Of a stretch of DNA of 64,000 nt, positions 37,434-50,149 are shown piece by piece. Source of the stretch: Octopus bimaculoides (lineage: Eukaryota). Every line of letters begins with the position of its first letter. Position 1 is the first letter of the stretch. The stretch lies in NCBI RefSeq assembly GCF_001194135.2, contig NC_068987.1, positions 95,572,565 to 95,636,564 on the forward strand, given 5' to 3'. The translations under genes were made by a program, and so were the position numbers. A model generated the notes under the pieces. The model saw nothing but the letters and a program-made list of their open reading frames with translations, was not told the origin of the DNA and ran no database searches.

Positions 37434-37479
37434 TATATGGCAGGATCATTCAATAGTGTTAATTAGAATCAACATCCGA

Positions 37480-38960
37480 CTAGTTGTCGGGTGGTAATGA
37501 TACCAGAGACCCAGAAAACTAAAGACCTATAAAAATCGTAATATCCGTAGTGTACAACAGGATGGTTACACATTGTGAGAGCAATACAGGGTGTTCATAA
37601 ATTATCTTTGAAACTTCCATAATGCATAGGTAATTTATGGACTTCTTGTACTTCATTACCAGAGGAGCAGAAACGTTGTCGGAAGTGAATGTATAACCGT
37701 AAAAAGCAGCTACAAGTGAACCAAGCGATCATGGAAGATAGGAAAATGGGTAGAGCAAAACAAAGTATGGCTACGATTAACTACCGGGAGACATTTGCTA
37801 GCATCGTACAATCTTATGTAATGGAGACCCTCTACATAAATAAAGTAGCCCCAACATGTCAAAATTTGAAACAGTATCATTACAAAAATATCATTACAAA
37901 GCCAGCCAGGAGAATATAATCAAAACAGTCCTACATCAGTAAAAAATGTAGGCATTAAAAAAGATACATTAAGAAAGACTCGTTAAAAAAGGAGTCATTT
38001 AAAAAGAAGACTCATTATCCTCTCTAATCTTTTACTGAGTCCTGACTTGACAAAAAATCTATTGAATGAAACGACCCAAATGTACAGATGCTACGGACAA
38101 ATTATAAAGCTTACAGGGATGACTTTACAATAATTAAGAGGAATGATACTGCAGTCAAAAAAGAAAAAAAATTATTAAAAATTGTTCGTATATTCAACCA
38201 GGATATAAAAATGAGTCTGGGATTAAAGAATATTCAAAACTACTGAAAGAAGAGGTAGAGGAAATTAACTGAAACTAGGAATATTAAATTAGACATATCC
38301 ATCGAAATCAGAGAATTAGTCCAGAACCACCCATACGGTTACCTTATAGTTGATAAAAATGAGAAAATATAACATATATTATCTCTGGCTGCCCAGTCCT
38401 GGCTAAGAAGGAATATATTCACAAACACGACAGAGCTGGGACCTATATACACTGGAAGCTATGCCAACACTATGGAATAACAACAGAAAAAAGATGGTAT
38501 AAACACACGCCAGAAAAGGTCACAGAAAACGAGAAAGCAACCATACTCTGGGATATGCCAATACACACAGGTAGAGAAATTAAGGCAAATAGACCAGATA
38601 TAGTTGTCAAAGATCATGAAGAAAAAAAATGCTTTCTAATTGATGTATCAATACCAGCAGATGACAACGTTTCTCTAAAAGAAATGGAAAAACTTTCAAA
38701 ATNNNNNNNNNNNNNNNNNNNNNNNNNNNNNNNNNNNNNNNNNNNNNNNNNNNNNAAATACAACAAAAACACCAGGACTTACAAATATATATAACATACA
38801 GAAAATTGCACTACTGGGCACTGCACACATTCTACGCAAAACACTTTCAATACAGTAAACATAAGAGCACCACAGCAAACCACAGCACATACCCAAGGCG
38901 CACAGAGCTGCGCTCGGTAGTGAAGTGAAAGCACGTTATAAAAATAAAACTACTGAACAA
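37480..38960 (+). mobile_element. Degenerate R4/Dong-like LINE (RT remnants and RLE domain) ending in (TAA)n
   Basis: LLKIVRIFNQDIKMSLGLK (RT), then HWKLCQHYGITTEKRWYKHTPEKVTENEKATILWDMPIHTGREIKANRPDIVVKD...FLIDVSIP and IALLGTAHILRKTLSIQ*. Confidence 0.85.
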
Positions 38961-38968
38961 TAATAATA

Positions 38969-39024
<56 letters not shown>

Positions 39025-39038
39025 AATAATAATAATAA

Positions 39039-39551
39039 ATGCCCTGGTGCAGTAACAGACAATGGCTCTCATGGCTTTTCATCTTAACTGACTGGAAGTC
39101 TTATCATATACATTGTTTTGTCTTAGTATAACAGATGGGCTACAGCAAATATTCTGCTCAATACCACAGATTTGCTTGTCAGTTGTTTGACTTTGATCAG
39201 CTGAGCATGTTCCTTAGTGGTTGCCGACATATGCACCTCTGATTACAAGCAGAAGGAGTTGGGGAGCATCATAGCCATGTGTTGAAAGGAATTCTTTGGG
39301 ATTTGAATAATTCACCTCTGGAAACATGGGTGTTTCGTTCAACATCCTTAAGCAAACCTTATTTAGGGACCTTTTGAGCGGGATGGGCTACTCGACCGGA
39401 TGAAAAATTCTAACTGAGCCCCACCTCCAAGGTCATGGATTGTTTATCTGGATATGAGATCACCATGTCGCGCAGTAGTCATGATGGGTATACTGGGCTT
39501 CGTATATTTTACCCCAGTGTCACTTTGATGGCATGCACTGCTCTCTCACTC
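39039..39551 (+). mobile_element. Unclassified ~510-bp non-coding interspersed element embedded in TAA/GAT microsatellites
   Basis: Complex sequence sharply bounded by (GAT)(TAA)n on the left and (TAA)n on the right; ends gcatgcactgctctctcactc-aataataat. Confidence 0.45.
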
Positions 39552-39567
39552 AATAATAATAATAAAA

Positions 39568-39629
<62 letters not shown>

Positions 39630-41388
39630 TTGAAATACAAAAGATGTACAAGGCAAAGCAATGTACATGACAAGACTTCCAATCGTTCTTTCTGTTGCTG
39701 TTGCTGTTGTTATTAATGTTGGTGCTGCTAATGTTGTTTGTGTTTCCTTAGCTGCTACTGTTGTTGGGGCTGTGGTGTCGGCAGTAGTGGGAGTTTTCTC
39801 TCTGTTTCTTTTTTAATTGAAGACAAAAATGGCAGTGGCTATTCACCACACACGAGTAACATCCTGGCCTTCAGCCCTCAATTGCAACACACAGCTTCGT
39901 TATACTGAGGCAGACATATACACTCTGGAATCTTTTTCATGTCTTCTGTTTTGACCTAGAGGAGGGTCTCCTCTGTGGTCCCAGGTCAAAACCCCCAATC
40001 CTTTCCTTTTACGCCGAAGAGGATGTCACTGTCTTCCAGAATAACACAGGCAAACACCCACCAAATGATTTATATAAACCCATATTTTTTCAGGGTTCTT
40101 TCTAACAGGATGTGTGTCACTGCTTCAGAGTCGCATTTTAGTATATATATATCGCCTTCTTTTAGGCAGTTGTTGCCAATACCTCAGCTAGAATGGCAAC
40201 TTCTAACCTCCCCTACTCACCTTCACAATCTGTTTCGCCTGTATCATGTGTACCTCCTTGCTGTTTCGGAAGAGCGATAAGTATTATGCTCATTTCCCTG
40301 CCATTCCAGCAAAAACTTTTCGGCTTGCGGAGTCACACTGATACCTTTGTGATTGTTATTCTTGTTGCTACTGCTGTTGCTGCTGTTGTTGTTGCTGTTT
40401 TTATTGTTGTTGTCTCTTATATTGTTGTTGTTGCTGGTGGTAACTTTGTTACTTGATTTTTTGAAAAACGTCGTCATAACCATTACTGTTATTGTTGATT
40501 TGTTGTTATTCTCGAGAACCTTATAACAGCATGAGTTGATGTTCTCACTACCTCCTCGTTATATCTGATAGTGGGCAATTGTTATTACCAAAAGACTGAA
40601 CAGACAAAAAAAAACAAACGAAAGCAGATGTATATTAAGAAAATTGTGCCATTTAGGAACAATTTCGGAGTTCCGCTTTTCCCCCAGGCACGTAGGGATC
40701 AATTCCTTGTAGCTTTAACAACATAATAAAATTTGCATGACAAAACATGTCATTAAAATTCGTCGTTTTTAACATTCACTTCTTAGTATGTAAAAAGACA
40801 CATTTAAAATTCGTGCTAAATTGAATAAACTTAATCCGAACTCGTATGCTCACGTGCGAATTTGAAAGTTCGAAAAGACGCTTCTTCGCATTCCGACTAA
40901 TTCGAATGCTCTCGACGGGCATTTTAATTTGAATGATATAAATGCTAACTAAATTCTTTGACCGAAATGCGAAACCGAATGCTCAAAAAAACGAATTTGA
41001 ATGACAAACTTTATGGCGCTAATATTTTTCGCGACTTTGACTGTCCCGATTATCAAATTGAATGACAAACGTACGAAAATGACTGCAAAAACCTATAATA
41101 ATAATAATAATAATAATGCTTGTTCGGGATGTGCTTAGTTTTGAAAAAAAAATGTTTATAACCAGCATGGTTAAAACGAACAAATGACATCTGTTCATTT
41201 CTGCTAACATATACATTTTCTCATTTGTTAGTTGTCAACTCTGACACACACACAAACACACACACACACAGTACACAATCATCTCGTTGTCATTACTGCT
41301 GCCACCAACATCATTGATTTTATATTATTAGTAATTTAATTTTATATTCATATCAATGTGTGTATGAGTTGTTGTGCATGTATGTATG

Positions 41389-41492
<104 letters not shown>

Positions 41493-42469
41493 ATGCATGT
41501 ATGCAATTCGTTTTTAACTGAACGACGTAAAAATTATAATATATGTGTGCGTGCATGTATGACCGTACACAATATATTTAACATGTTCGTATACACTCGG
41601 ACGTGAAAATACCATGTGTGTGTGTGTGTGAGTGTAAGTGCGCGCGCTCGTGCACGTATGTATGCATGTAGGTATTTATTTATGTTTGTATTTATTTATT
41701 TACTTATTGAATGATACAGGTATAGAGACTTATATTCAGAACTTCAAGTTTCTGTGTCAACAATACGATAATAATCGCACTTCTTCAGCTGTCATAAGCC
41801 CGGTGCATGTGGTACCATCTATTACAAACATTAAAAAGCCATGCACTGCTGGCGGGGAGAAAAGAATCCCTTCTAGCCATTAGATCGTTCAAGGCAAACC
41901 ACTCTTTTCCGTTTGATTGCCGGGGCTTGGCGAAAACCCTACTATGTGTTGGTTAAAATAAATTATAGGTATAAATACAAACTAATAAAATGAAATATAA
42001 GATATATACAAAAGCTACTATAGTAAATAAGTAAATAAATAAGTATATAAATAATAAATAGATGGCACAGCTTCTTAATATTTCATCTTTTCAGATGAAA
42101 TACTGGTTTCAAATTTTGGCACAAGGCCAGCAATTGCGAGTGGGGCTTAACCGATTACATTGACCCTAGTGCTCAACTAGTACTTATTTTATCGACCCCG
42201 AAAGGATGAAAGGCAAAATTGACCCCGGTAGAATTTGAACTCAGAACGTAAAGATGGAGGAAATGCCGCTAAGCATTTTGGTCAACATGCTAACGATTCT
42301 GCTATCTCGCCGCCCTTTCCAGATGAAATATTAAGAAACATTCAAATACGCAGATGCACACATACAAAAAAAAAAGTTACATATGTACATGTAGTGAAAC
42401 TACCTATCGTCACTAGATACAAAACTACTATCGCCATTACATACAATCTTCTCATTTAAATATAAATAA

Positions 42470-42690
42470 ATGCGAGCGTAGTAGAGAACCCATTCCTTGT
42501 CATCACGTGACCGATCATTATTCGAATCGGCAACTTCTTCGAACCTTTCCCGCCAGAACGCAAACTGACCAATCACGGCCCCTAATAAGGTCACGTGATA
42601 GAGTAAAATTCTGAAGCCTTCGGGAGCCAATAGTTTGTTATAAATAGCTTTAACTCATACCCAACAAGTTTGTCTCGGTCCAGTTTCTCN
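42470..42690 (+). promoter_or_regulatory. Pol II promoter-like module, possibly the U3 of a solo LTR
   Basis: TCACGTGA at 42503 and 42591, CCAAT at 42569 and 42627, TATAAATA at 42639; locally CpG-rich. Confidence 0.45.
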
Positions 42691-43970
42691 NNNNNNNNNN
42701 NNNNNNNNNNNNNNNNNNNNNNNNNNNNNNNNNNNNNNNNNNNNNNNNNNNNNNNNNNNNNNNNNNNNNNNNNNNNNNNNNNNNNNNNNNNNNNNNNNNN
42801 NNNNNNNNNNNNNNNNNNNNNNNNNNNNNNNNNNNNNNNNNNNNNNNNNNNNNNNNNNNNNNNNNNNNNNNNNNNNNNNNNNNNNNNNNNNNNNNNNNNN
42901 NNNNNNNNNNNNNNNNNNNNNNNNNNNNNNNNNNNNNNNNNNNNNNNNNNNNNNNNNNNNNNNNNNNNNNNNNNNNNNNNNNNNNNNNNNNNNNNNNNNN
43001 NNNNNNNNNNNNNNNNNNNNNNNNNNNNNNNNNNNNNNNNNNNNNNNNNNNNNNNNNNNNNNNNNNNNNNNNNNNNNNNNNNNNNNNNNNNNNNNNNNNN
43101 NNNNNNNNNNNNNNNNNNNNNNNNNTACTGACTCTTTCTCTGCTGTAATATTTCACATACACACACATGTATCACTCACATACACACTTTTCTTTGTATG
43201 ACGGCCTGTCTTTGATTATGTTCTTATATGTCGCATTCACACTCTCACACAGACATACATCTTTAACGCTACAATAAATATCTCTGTTATTCATCTAATA
43301 CGGTTGTGGTCATTCATTACTGGTCATCTATGTTATCGTCGTATAACATATCATGTATATCATATTTGATATATATTATTTTGTGTACGACCGTGTGACA
43401 CGTTTAAATAAAAGGAGTCCTCTGTTTTCCCATTCGTCACCATTTCTCCTTTTTGAGTTCGCACGGTCGTCCCTTACATACACATAAGCTCAGGCCTAAA
43501 CAACCATATATTCGTACATAAAGAGGGGGCCCAGATAAAGGTACTATATATATAGATTTTTGGTTCCTATGCCACAACGTATGCCGTAGTAATCCACGTG
43601 TGATTTAACAGTTTGATTTAACCGCTTGATAACTGCTTTGGTTTCTTCTCTAATTTGGAACTTCTTTGCATTTATTAAAAACAAAATAACAGTACTTCTT
43701 TTTGCCTTATTTTTACCGAACTTGTATTTAAAGAAGAAAAAAATAGTATTTTGAACTAATTACATAAAGCGAAAAATACTTTCCTGCGCCGACGTGACTA
43801 ATTTCGATATCAAATATGTGCATATTTATGTATGTATTTGTGTGTATATATGCATATGTATATATGTATGTATGTATGTATTTAAGAATACAGGAATAAA
43901 TGTGTATATGTATGAATGCGTGTGTATGAATGTTTGTGTATATGTATGTGTGTACATGTTTGTGTGTATA

Positions 43971-44753
43971 TACGAGCGAGGCTGAGAAGTTCCTATCTTT
44001 GAGTAAAAGAAAATAGAAGACGATCAGTTAATTATGATTTTATTGAACATATTCACCCCATCAGATTCACACACTCATTGCAGCGATCCTTCAGCTTTTC
44101 TAAGCTCTGTAAAAGAACTCGGGAGGTTGGGACTTCAGCCAGGCCTTTCGCGATGATACCATGGGTAAAACTTAGATCAAGGTGTAGTACAACGGCTTCA
44201 AACATGGCCGTACTATCCACAAACTGAAACGATGAGCCGATTGAGAAGGTTCGGTGAATGGCCATAGAAGACCACCATATCACAAATCTAGAAAATTTCT
44301 CACAAAGTGGAAATAATCACAAGATCAGAGCATTCCATTTTAACGGCGGATTTGTGCATGCGGAGAGTGACGGCAAAATTCATCCTCGAGTTGCTGGCAA
44401 AGCAGCAAAAGCAACTCCGCATGGAAATCACCCAGGACATTGCTGGATTGTGCAAACTACGACCCAGACTTCATGAAGACCATCATCACTGGCGATGAGA
44501 CATAGCTTTGTGATCTTTATTTAATGCGTTCGGTCATCTTGCGTGAAAACGAAAATTCAACGAGCCGGGAACTGACGCGTAACAGCCGGCAACTGACGCA
44601 TAATAGACGGGAATTAACGTGCCCTACCAGCGCGAAAAGTTTTATGCATGCACAGGAAGGGTGGCATCACCTCCCACCCAAAGAATTTTACCCACGCGGC
44701 ATTAGTTTTGGCGGTAAAAGATAAAGTCGGATACTTTTTAAACGCGCCTCGTA
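43971..44753. mobile_element. Rearranged mariner-family element(s)
   Basis: Both ends begin TACGAG. The plus strand reads ILTADLCMRRVTAKFI...DPDFMKTIITGDET. 44520-44753 is an oppositely oriented 5' end beginning MTERI. Confidence 0.75.
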
Positions 44754-44793
44754 TATGTATGTATATTTTACTTTTATTAATTTCAACCAGAGG

Positions 44794-45030
44794 TTATGAC
44801 CGTGCTGGGTGTATTGCCATCGGTGTGCTTATTAGTTTACATAATTTCATTTCCACGACCCTCTCTCTTTGGTTTTGGTGAATGGGCAAATTGGACAACG
44901 CCACCCTTGGTCCCGTTTCCTGCCGTGACGTGGGTTCATCTAGTATCTCAGAAATGTATCTAAGTATTGTTTTCCTTTTAAGAAATCCATATTTATATCT
45001 CATAGATATTTGCGGCTTTTCGACATGGTA
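44794..45030 (-). CDS. Candidate terminal exon of an unknown minus-strand gene
   Basis: Acceptor agtttttcag in phase 0, 78 open codons to TAA, and AATAAA 15 nt downstream. No homology recognised. Confidence 0.25.
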   Translation of the reverse strand, partial: YHVEKPQISMRYKYGFLKRKTILRYISEILDEPTSRQETGPRVALSNLPIHQNQRERVVEMKLCKLISTPMAIHPARS

Positions 45031-45292
45031 CTGAAAAACTGTGAATCCATAAACTCTAAGCATTGGATCCATACCCCAGCCTCTGGCTCACAGACACGCT
45101 GTATCCTTTTTCTGACTTTCTATCGCTACTATGATGGTAGGCTCGTGCTAGCTCTATTTATGCATTCCTGACACAAAAGTGCCTCGATTTTTCACCCCTT
45201 GTTTCATCTGACTCCTCAGATTTTGCACTAATCACTACGACCCATCTTTCCTTCCCAAGATATCGATCCTCTGGAGTTCCCTCCATGCTCAC

Positions 45293-45402
45293 CGTTCCTA
45301 CGGGTATTGACTTGAATGGCTCAAGATGAACATTAATGGCATCAATTTTCACGGTCTCGAATGTCCTGCGATAGGCCATGGACATTGTCCTTTCCTCATA
45401 CC
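45293..45402 (-). CDS. Candidate internal exon of an unknown minus-strand gene
   Basis: Acceptor tcttttgttttcttgcag and donor ACG|gtgagc, phase 1-0, joining in frame to 44794-45030. Translates YEERTMSMAYRRTFETVKIDAINVHLEPFKSIPVGT. Confidence 0.25.
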
Positions 45403-45544
45403 CTGCAAGAAAACAAAAGAGCGTGGTTTGAATTACAATGTAATAGTAATCGTTTATTTAAATAAACCAAAACTACTAACACTGAGAACTTTTAGCCCTC
45501 TCCTCCAAAATTTCAGGTCTTGTACTTACAGCAGAAAGAATTAT

Positions 45545-46140
45545 TATCATATGACAATTCAAAGCTTATATGATGGATATGATGGACAATTCAAAGGCTG
45601 GATATGATGGAAAGTGTCAGCTGTCCACAGCCAGCAGACTAAGGTGGCACTTGTTTATTGGTCATGCCTCAAGAGCCCTGTGAAGAATTCTTGCAATTCC
45701 AAGTAATTCTAATTTTTGTAGGCGTTCTATCTTCACACTTGCACCAATCTTTTTCAGCTATGTTGGCAGTTGAGTGCCGATACTTCCAAGAACACCAATT
45801 ACTATTGGTATCACGTCTACTCTCCTCATTGACCACAACTTTCGTATTTCCCACTTCAAATCGTCATAGTTGTTTATTTTTTCTTCTTCTTTCACATTGA
45901 TCCTGTTGTCACCGGGACATGCTATGTCGATTATCATACATGTTCTTACTTTTTTATTCACCACAACAATGTCCGGTTTCCGATGTCTGGTCGGATGATC
46001 GCACTATATCATTGCATCCCACAGGATTTTGTAATCCTCATTCTCGCTGAGTCCTGGAGTTTGTTGAATCCACGTCTTTGCTCTTTGTAGGCTGTGATTT
46101 CCAGAGCTCCCAACGGTTCATTCTAGCCACATGGTCATGG
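45545..46140 (-). mobile_element. Second R4/Dong-like RLE LINE family, 3' fragment
   Basis: HRKPDIVVVNKKVRTCMIIDIACPGDNRINVKEEEKINNYDDLKWEIRKLWSMRRVDVIPIVIGVLG; the 3' end is ataataat. Confidence 0.8.
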
Positions 46141-46144
46141 CATC

Positions 46145-46198
<54 letters not shown>

Positions 46199-46202
46199 CA
46201 TG

Positions 46203-46650
46203 AAGGTAACGAGCTGGTAGAATCGTTAACACGCTAGGGAAAATGTTTAGCGGCATTTCGTCCGTCTTTACGTTCTGAGTTCAAATTCCGCCCAAGTCGA
46301 CTTTGCCATTTATCCTTCCCGGGTCGATAAAATAAGTATCAGTTGAAATACTGGGGTCGATGTAATCGACTTACTACCTCGCTGGAAAGGCTAGCCTTGT
46401 GCCAAAATTTGAAATCATTATTATTATTATAAAGGCGACGAGCTAGCAGAATCGTTAGCACGCCAGACAAAATGCTTTGCGGTATTTCACCCGTTGCTAC
46501 GTTTTGAGTTCAAATTCCGCCGAGGTCGACTTTTCTTTTTATCCTTTCGGGGTCGATGAAATAAGTAGCAATTGATCAATGGGGTTGATGTAGTTGACTA
46601 GCTCCCTTCCCCAAATGTTCAGGCCTTGTGCCTATAATAGAAAGATCATT
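46203..46650 (+). mobile_element. Two tandem family-B SINEs separated by (TTA)n
   Basis: Two near-complete copies, starting at 46203 and 46431. Confidence 0.85.
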
Positions 46651-47089
46651 ATTATTACAAAGATGCTATTGGAGGAAATCCCTCTGGAGGATGTTGCCAA
46701 TACTTGCTTTTAATCTCTTGATATTGTGTAATTCAAATGCTTAATATTATCTAATTGAAATATAATCTAATTCAAAACTAGCATGAAGGCTATCAAAATA
46801 AAGTTGAGAAATACGATATAACTTCAAATACTTAGAGCTGTTCTCTCAATAAAATATAGCTTGAAGCGACATGATAAATAGATATTGCAATGATTATTGT
46901 TTACATGAACTAACACTAAACAGAATTAGTACAATGGAGAATTAGTAGATATATATATAATTCAGAAGCAAAGTAGCAGTATGTGAACTACGCAAAGATT
47001 CTGATTTAGAATACTTGTTAAGCTCTGATTCAAGAGTATTAGCAAAGATTTGTTTCCATATTCATCTGTCTTATTCATTTTCTGCTACT

Positions 47090-47296
47090 GCTCCTCCTCC
47101 TCCTCCTCCTCCTCCTCCTCGTCGTCGTCGTCGTCGTCTTCTTCTTCTTCTTCTTCTTCTTCTTCTTCTTCTTCTTCTTCTTCTTCTTCTTCTTCTTCTT
47201 CTTCTTCTTCTTCTTCTTCTTCTTCTTCTTCTTCTTCTTCTTCTTCTTCTTCTTCTTCTTCTTCTTCTTCTTCTTCTTCTTCTTCTTCTTCTTCTT
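47090..47296. repeat. Compound (CCT)n(CGT)n(CTT)n microsatellite
   Basis: Direct reading. Confidence 0.98.
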
Positions 47297-48199
47297 GTAG
47301 TGGTGTGAGATGTGATAGCTGTGTTGTTTTCACGCTTTATTTCCTTTGTGCTTTTGTTGTTGTCGTCATTGTTTTTGTTATTCATAGATTCTCTGTTAAT
47401 TGTAGCAGACAGTGGTGAGAAACTATTTTCATAATGACTTATCCAAACGCCATTTCTTCCTTCGATTTTAAAAAGACATATTGCTGTTTTTGTTTTCCTT
47501 TTATCTTGAAAAATGAAGGAAAAAAAATCACTTTACTTTCAAAAGTTACAACTTTGCTCTTAAAAGTTACAAAATTCACACCGAGATGGCAAAATGTTCA
47601 AAAAGCCAACTAGCCTCAGAGGATTGGGATTGGCTTCATAACAAAATGGTACAGCAAAAATCAAAATAAATTTCTTCGAAACAAAATCTAACAACAACTT
47701 ACAGCGCCAAGACGACATCTTTCTCTTACGAACACAATAATAATGATTTCAAATTTTGGCATAAGGCCAGGAATGTTAAAGAGTGAGAGATGGTCGGTTG
47801 CATCGACCCCGTTTTCAAATGGCACTTATTTTATCAACTCCGAAAAGATAAAAGGCAAAGAAGGCGAACTCGGCGGGATATGAACTGAAAGCACATAGCC
47901 GGAAGAAATACTCCTACATATTTTGTCCGACAGGCTAACGATTCAACCAGCTCCCCGTGTTAGCAACACCAACAACAATACTAATAATTCTTTCTACTGT
48001 AGGCACTGGTACTTATTTCATCGATTGCGAAAGGATGAAGGATAAAGTCGACCACAGTGGAGTTTTAATTCAGAACATAAAGACAGACGAAATGCCGCTA
48101 AGCATATTGCTCGGTGTGCTAACGATTCTGCCACCTCGCTGCCTTAATAACAACAACAACAACAACAACAACAACACCAACAACAATAACAACAGCAAT

Positions 48200-48460
48200 A
48201 ATAGTAAAAATATTATGCATTGGAAACTGTGATTAAAGACGTAGACAAATGATTGAAGGAAATTGGTATAAAATTCCTGTGGAGCTTCTACAGAAAGTTT
48301 GCGTCTTTGGGATAGGAAAGATTATCAGGAGGGTTTTAAGCATTTGAAAGACTATTGAAAGCTTGTGGATACGTAAGATTACAGGTAGTAACCTGCTACC
48401 TACATAAATTCTACCAGGAATAAGAACAAACCTGAGTCAAATCAATAATAATAATAGTAA
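48200..48460 (+). mobile_element. RLE LINE extreme 3' fragment ending in (TAA)n
   Basis: IGIKIPVELLQKVCVFGIGKIIRRVLSI* resembles the R4-like C-terminus; flanked by AAC/AAT repeats. Confidence 0.55.
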
Positions 48461-49079
48461 TAATAAATGAAACACTGAAATAGAGGACAGCTTTATTTCA
48501 AATTTTATTATTTTTAATTCACGTATTTGTTGATCTCAAAGGAAAATAAATTTACATAAAATTCCACTGAGACGAAAAGAAATGTATAAGCAGACACAGC
48601 AGACTAGAGTCCCTTTCCCAAATTCCCAGGCCTTGTGCCTATAGTAGAAAGAATTATAGCACATACGATTTCACAAACGCTATCTAAATTATTAATACAT
48701 ATATCGATGACAAGTATCACATGATTTAATAGACAAGAATAAATTGATATTTTGCTGTGAGTTAATTCCTTTAGTTTGGAAGCAAGCCTGGGTGTTTTTA
48801 ATGTCTAGAAAGATGGATCTCCATCGTCAAAAAAGCACAGAAAGAAAAACGATGGCAACGCACCAAACAGCATACCTCACCTGGTATCTGTATTTTCTTC
48901 TTTACCAATTAGCTGCTCTATTCAGTATACATCAGCGGATGCAATATTCAGACACACTGTCAGTCATGTATGTTAGGGTTACTGGATGTTTTGAGTCTTA
49001 CAACATACAACCTCATACTAGCGACAAGACCAAGCATGATCAAGATTAGGCCTGTGTCCAAGAGTCATTCTACTAACCC

Positions 49080-49365
49080 TACTGATATCTCTTTGCAGCT
49101 AGAGCCAACGTGATACTTTTTCAGCAGTGTCTACGTTGTTCTTGCTGGTTCTACTTCTCTTCATTCCTATTACGTCGGGAGTTCCACGGGCCTTACTCAG
49201 AATACGACTTGTGAAACCATGTCAGCCAACCTCCATTGACAAACACCTTGTTTTCCATCAATTCTTGCAGTAGTCGTCCACCAGTTTCTGGTATTTAATT
49301 CTTTTCTTTGCTTGCGCCTCCTCCATCCTCTTTTCCCAGGACACAGTTAACTCCAATAGGATTAG
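49080..49365 (-). mobile_element. HERO-like RLE LINE 3' fragment
   Basis: ELTVSWEKRMEEAQAKKRIKYQKLVDD...WKTRCLSMEVG*HGF...AEKVSRWL. Confidence 0.65.
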
Positions 49366-49584
49366 CTAACTTGTCTCGGAAATAAAGATGATATCTAGTC
49401 TCAGCAAGGTTTGGATGATAAGAGCTGGAAATTTTAGCTGTTTCTTCAGATCAAATTCTACCGAGAAAAGTTTTCGTTTTTCACAACACCCACAGCTTCT
49501 TTTCTTGTACTCCACAGAGTTGACGCATTGACTAGTGTTTAGTATCAGAACATCCCTACATTGGGTTGATGAAGAAAAAACGTG

Positions 49585-49970
49585 AGGCGTGGCTGTGGGG
49601 TAAGAAGCTTGCTTCCCATCCACATGGTTCCGGGTTCAGTCCCATTACATGGCACCCTGGGCAAGTGTCTTCTCCTATTACCTCAGGCCGACTAAAGCCG
49701 TGTGAGTGGATTTGATATATGGAAACTGAAAGAAGCCCGTCATGTGCGTGTGTCTGTGTGTGTGTGTCTGCGTTTGTACACCCACTACTGCTTGACAACT
49801 GGGGTAGGTATATTTGCGTCCCCGTAACTTAGCAGCTCGGTAAAAGATACCGAGAGAATAAATACCAGGCTTAAAAAACTAAGTATTAGGGGCCGATTCA
49901 TTCGACAAAATTCAAAGAGGCGTTCCAGTATGGCCGCAGTTTAATGACTGAAACTAGTAAAAGATAAAAG
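49585..49970 (+). mobile_element. tRNA-derived SINE, family A
   Basis: Full head-microsatellite-tail match to 51768-52148. Confidence 0.85.
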
Positions 49971-50149
49971 ATAGAAACATTCTACAGTTCCGAGAGAGGT
50001 AACAGTATTTACAGGACCGGAAACTGTGTGTATACATACCAAGTTCATTGTATGGTTTGTAAAAACGACAAATTCTATTTTACGATTGTATGAGCGACAA
50101 ATTCTGTTTTACTATTGTACACACGGTATATTCTACTTTCCGATTAATT

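Noticed and set aside
40760-41090. Region with recurring ttcgaa and aattgaatgacaaac words
   Set aside because: It may be a decayed subrepeat transposon end, but I could not define a period or inverted arms.
47015-47418. Poly-Leu/Ser/Arg/Glu ORFs
   Set aside because: These are translations of a (CCT)(CGT)(CTT) microsatellite.
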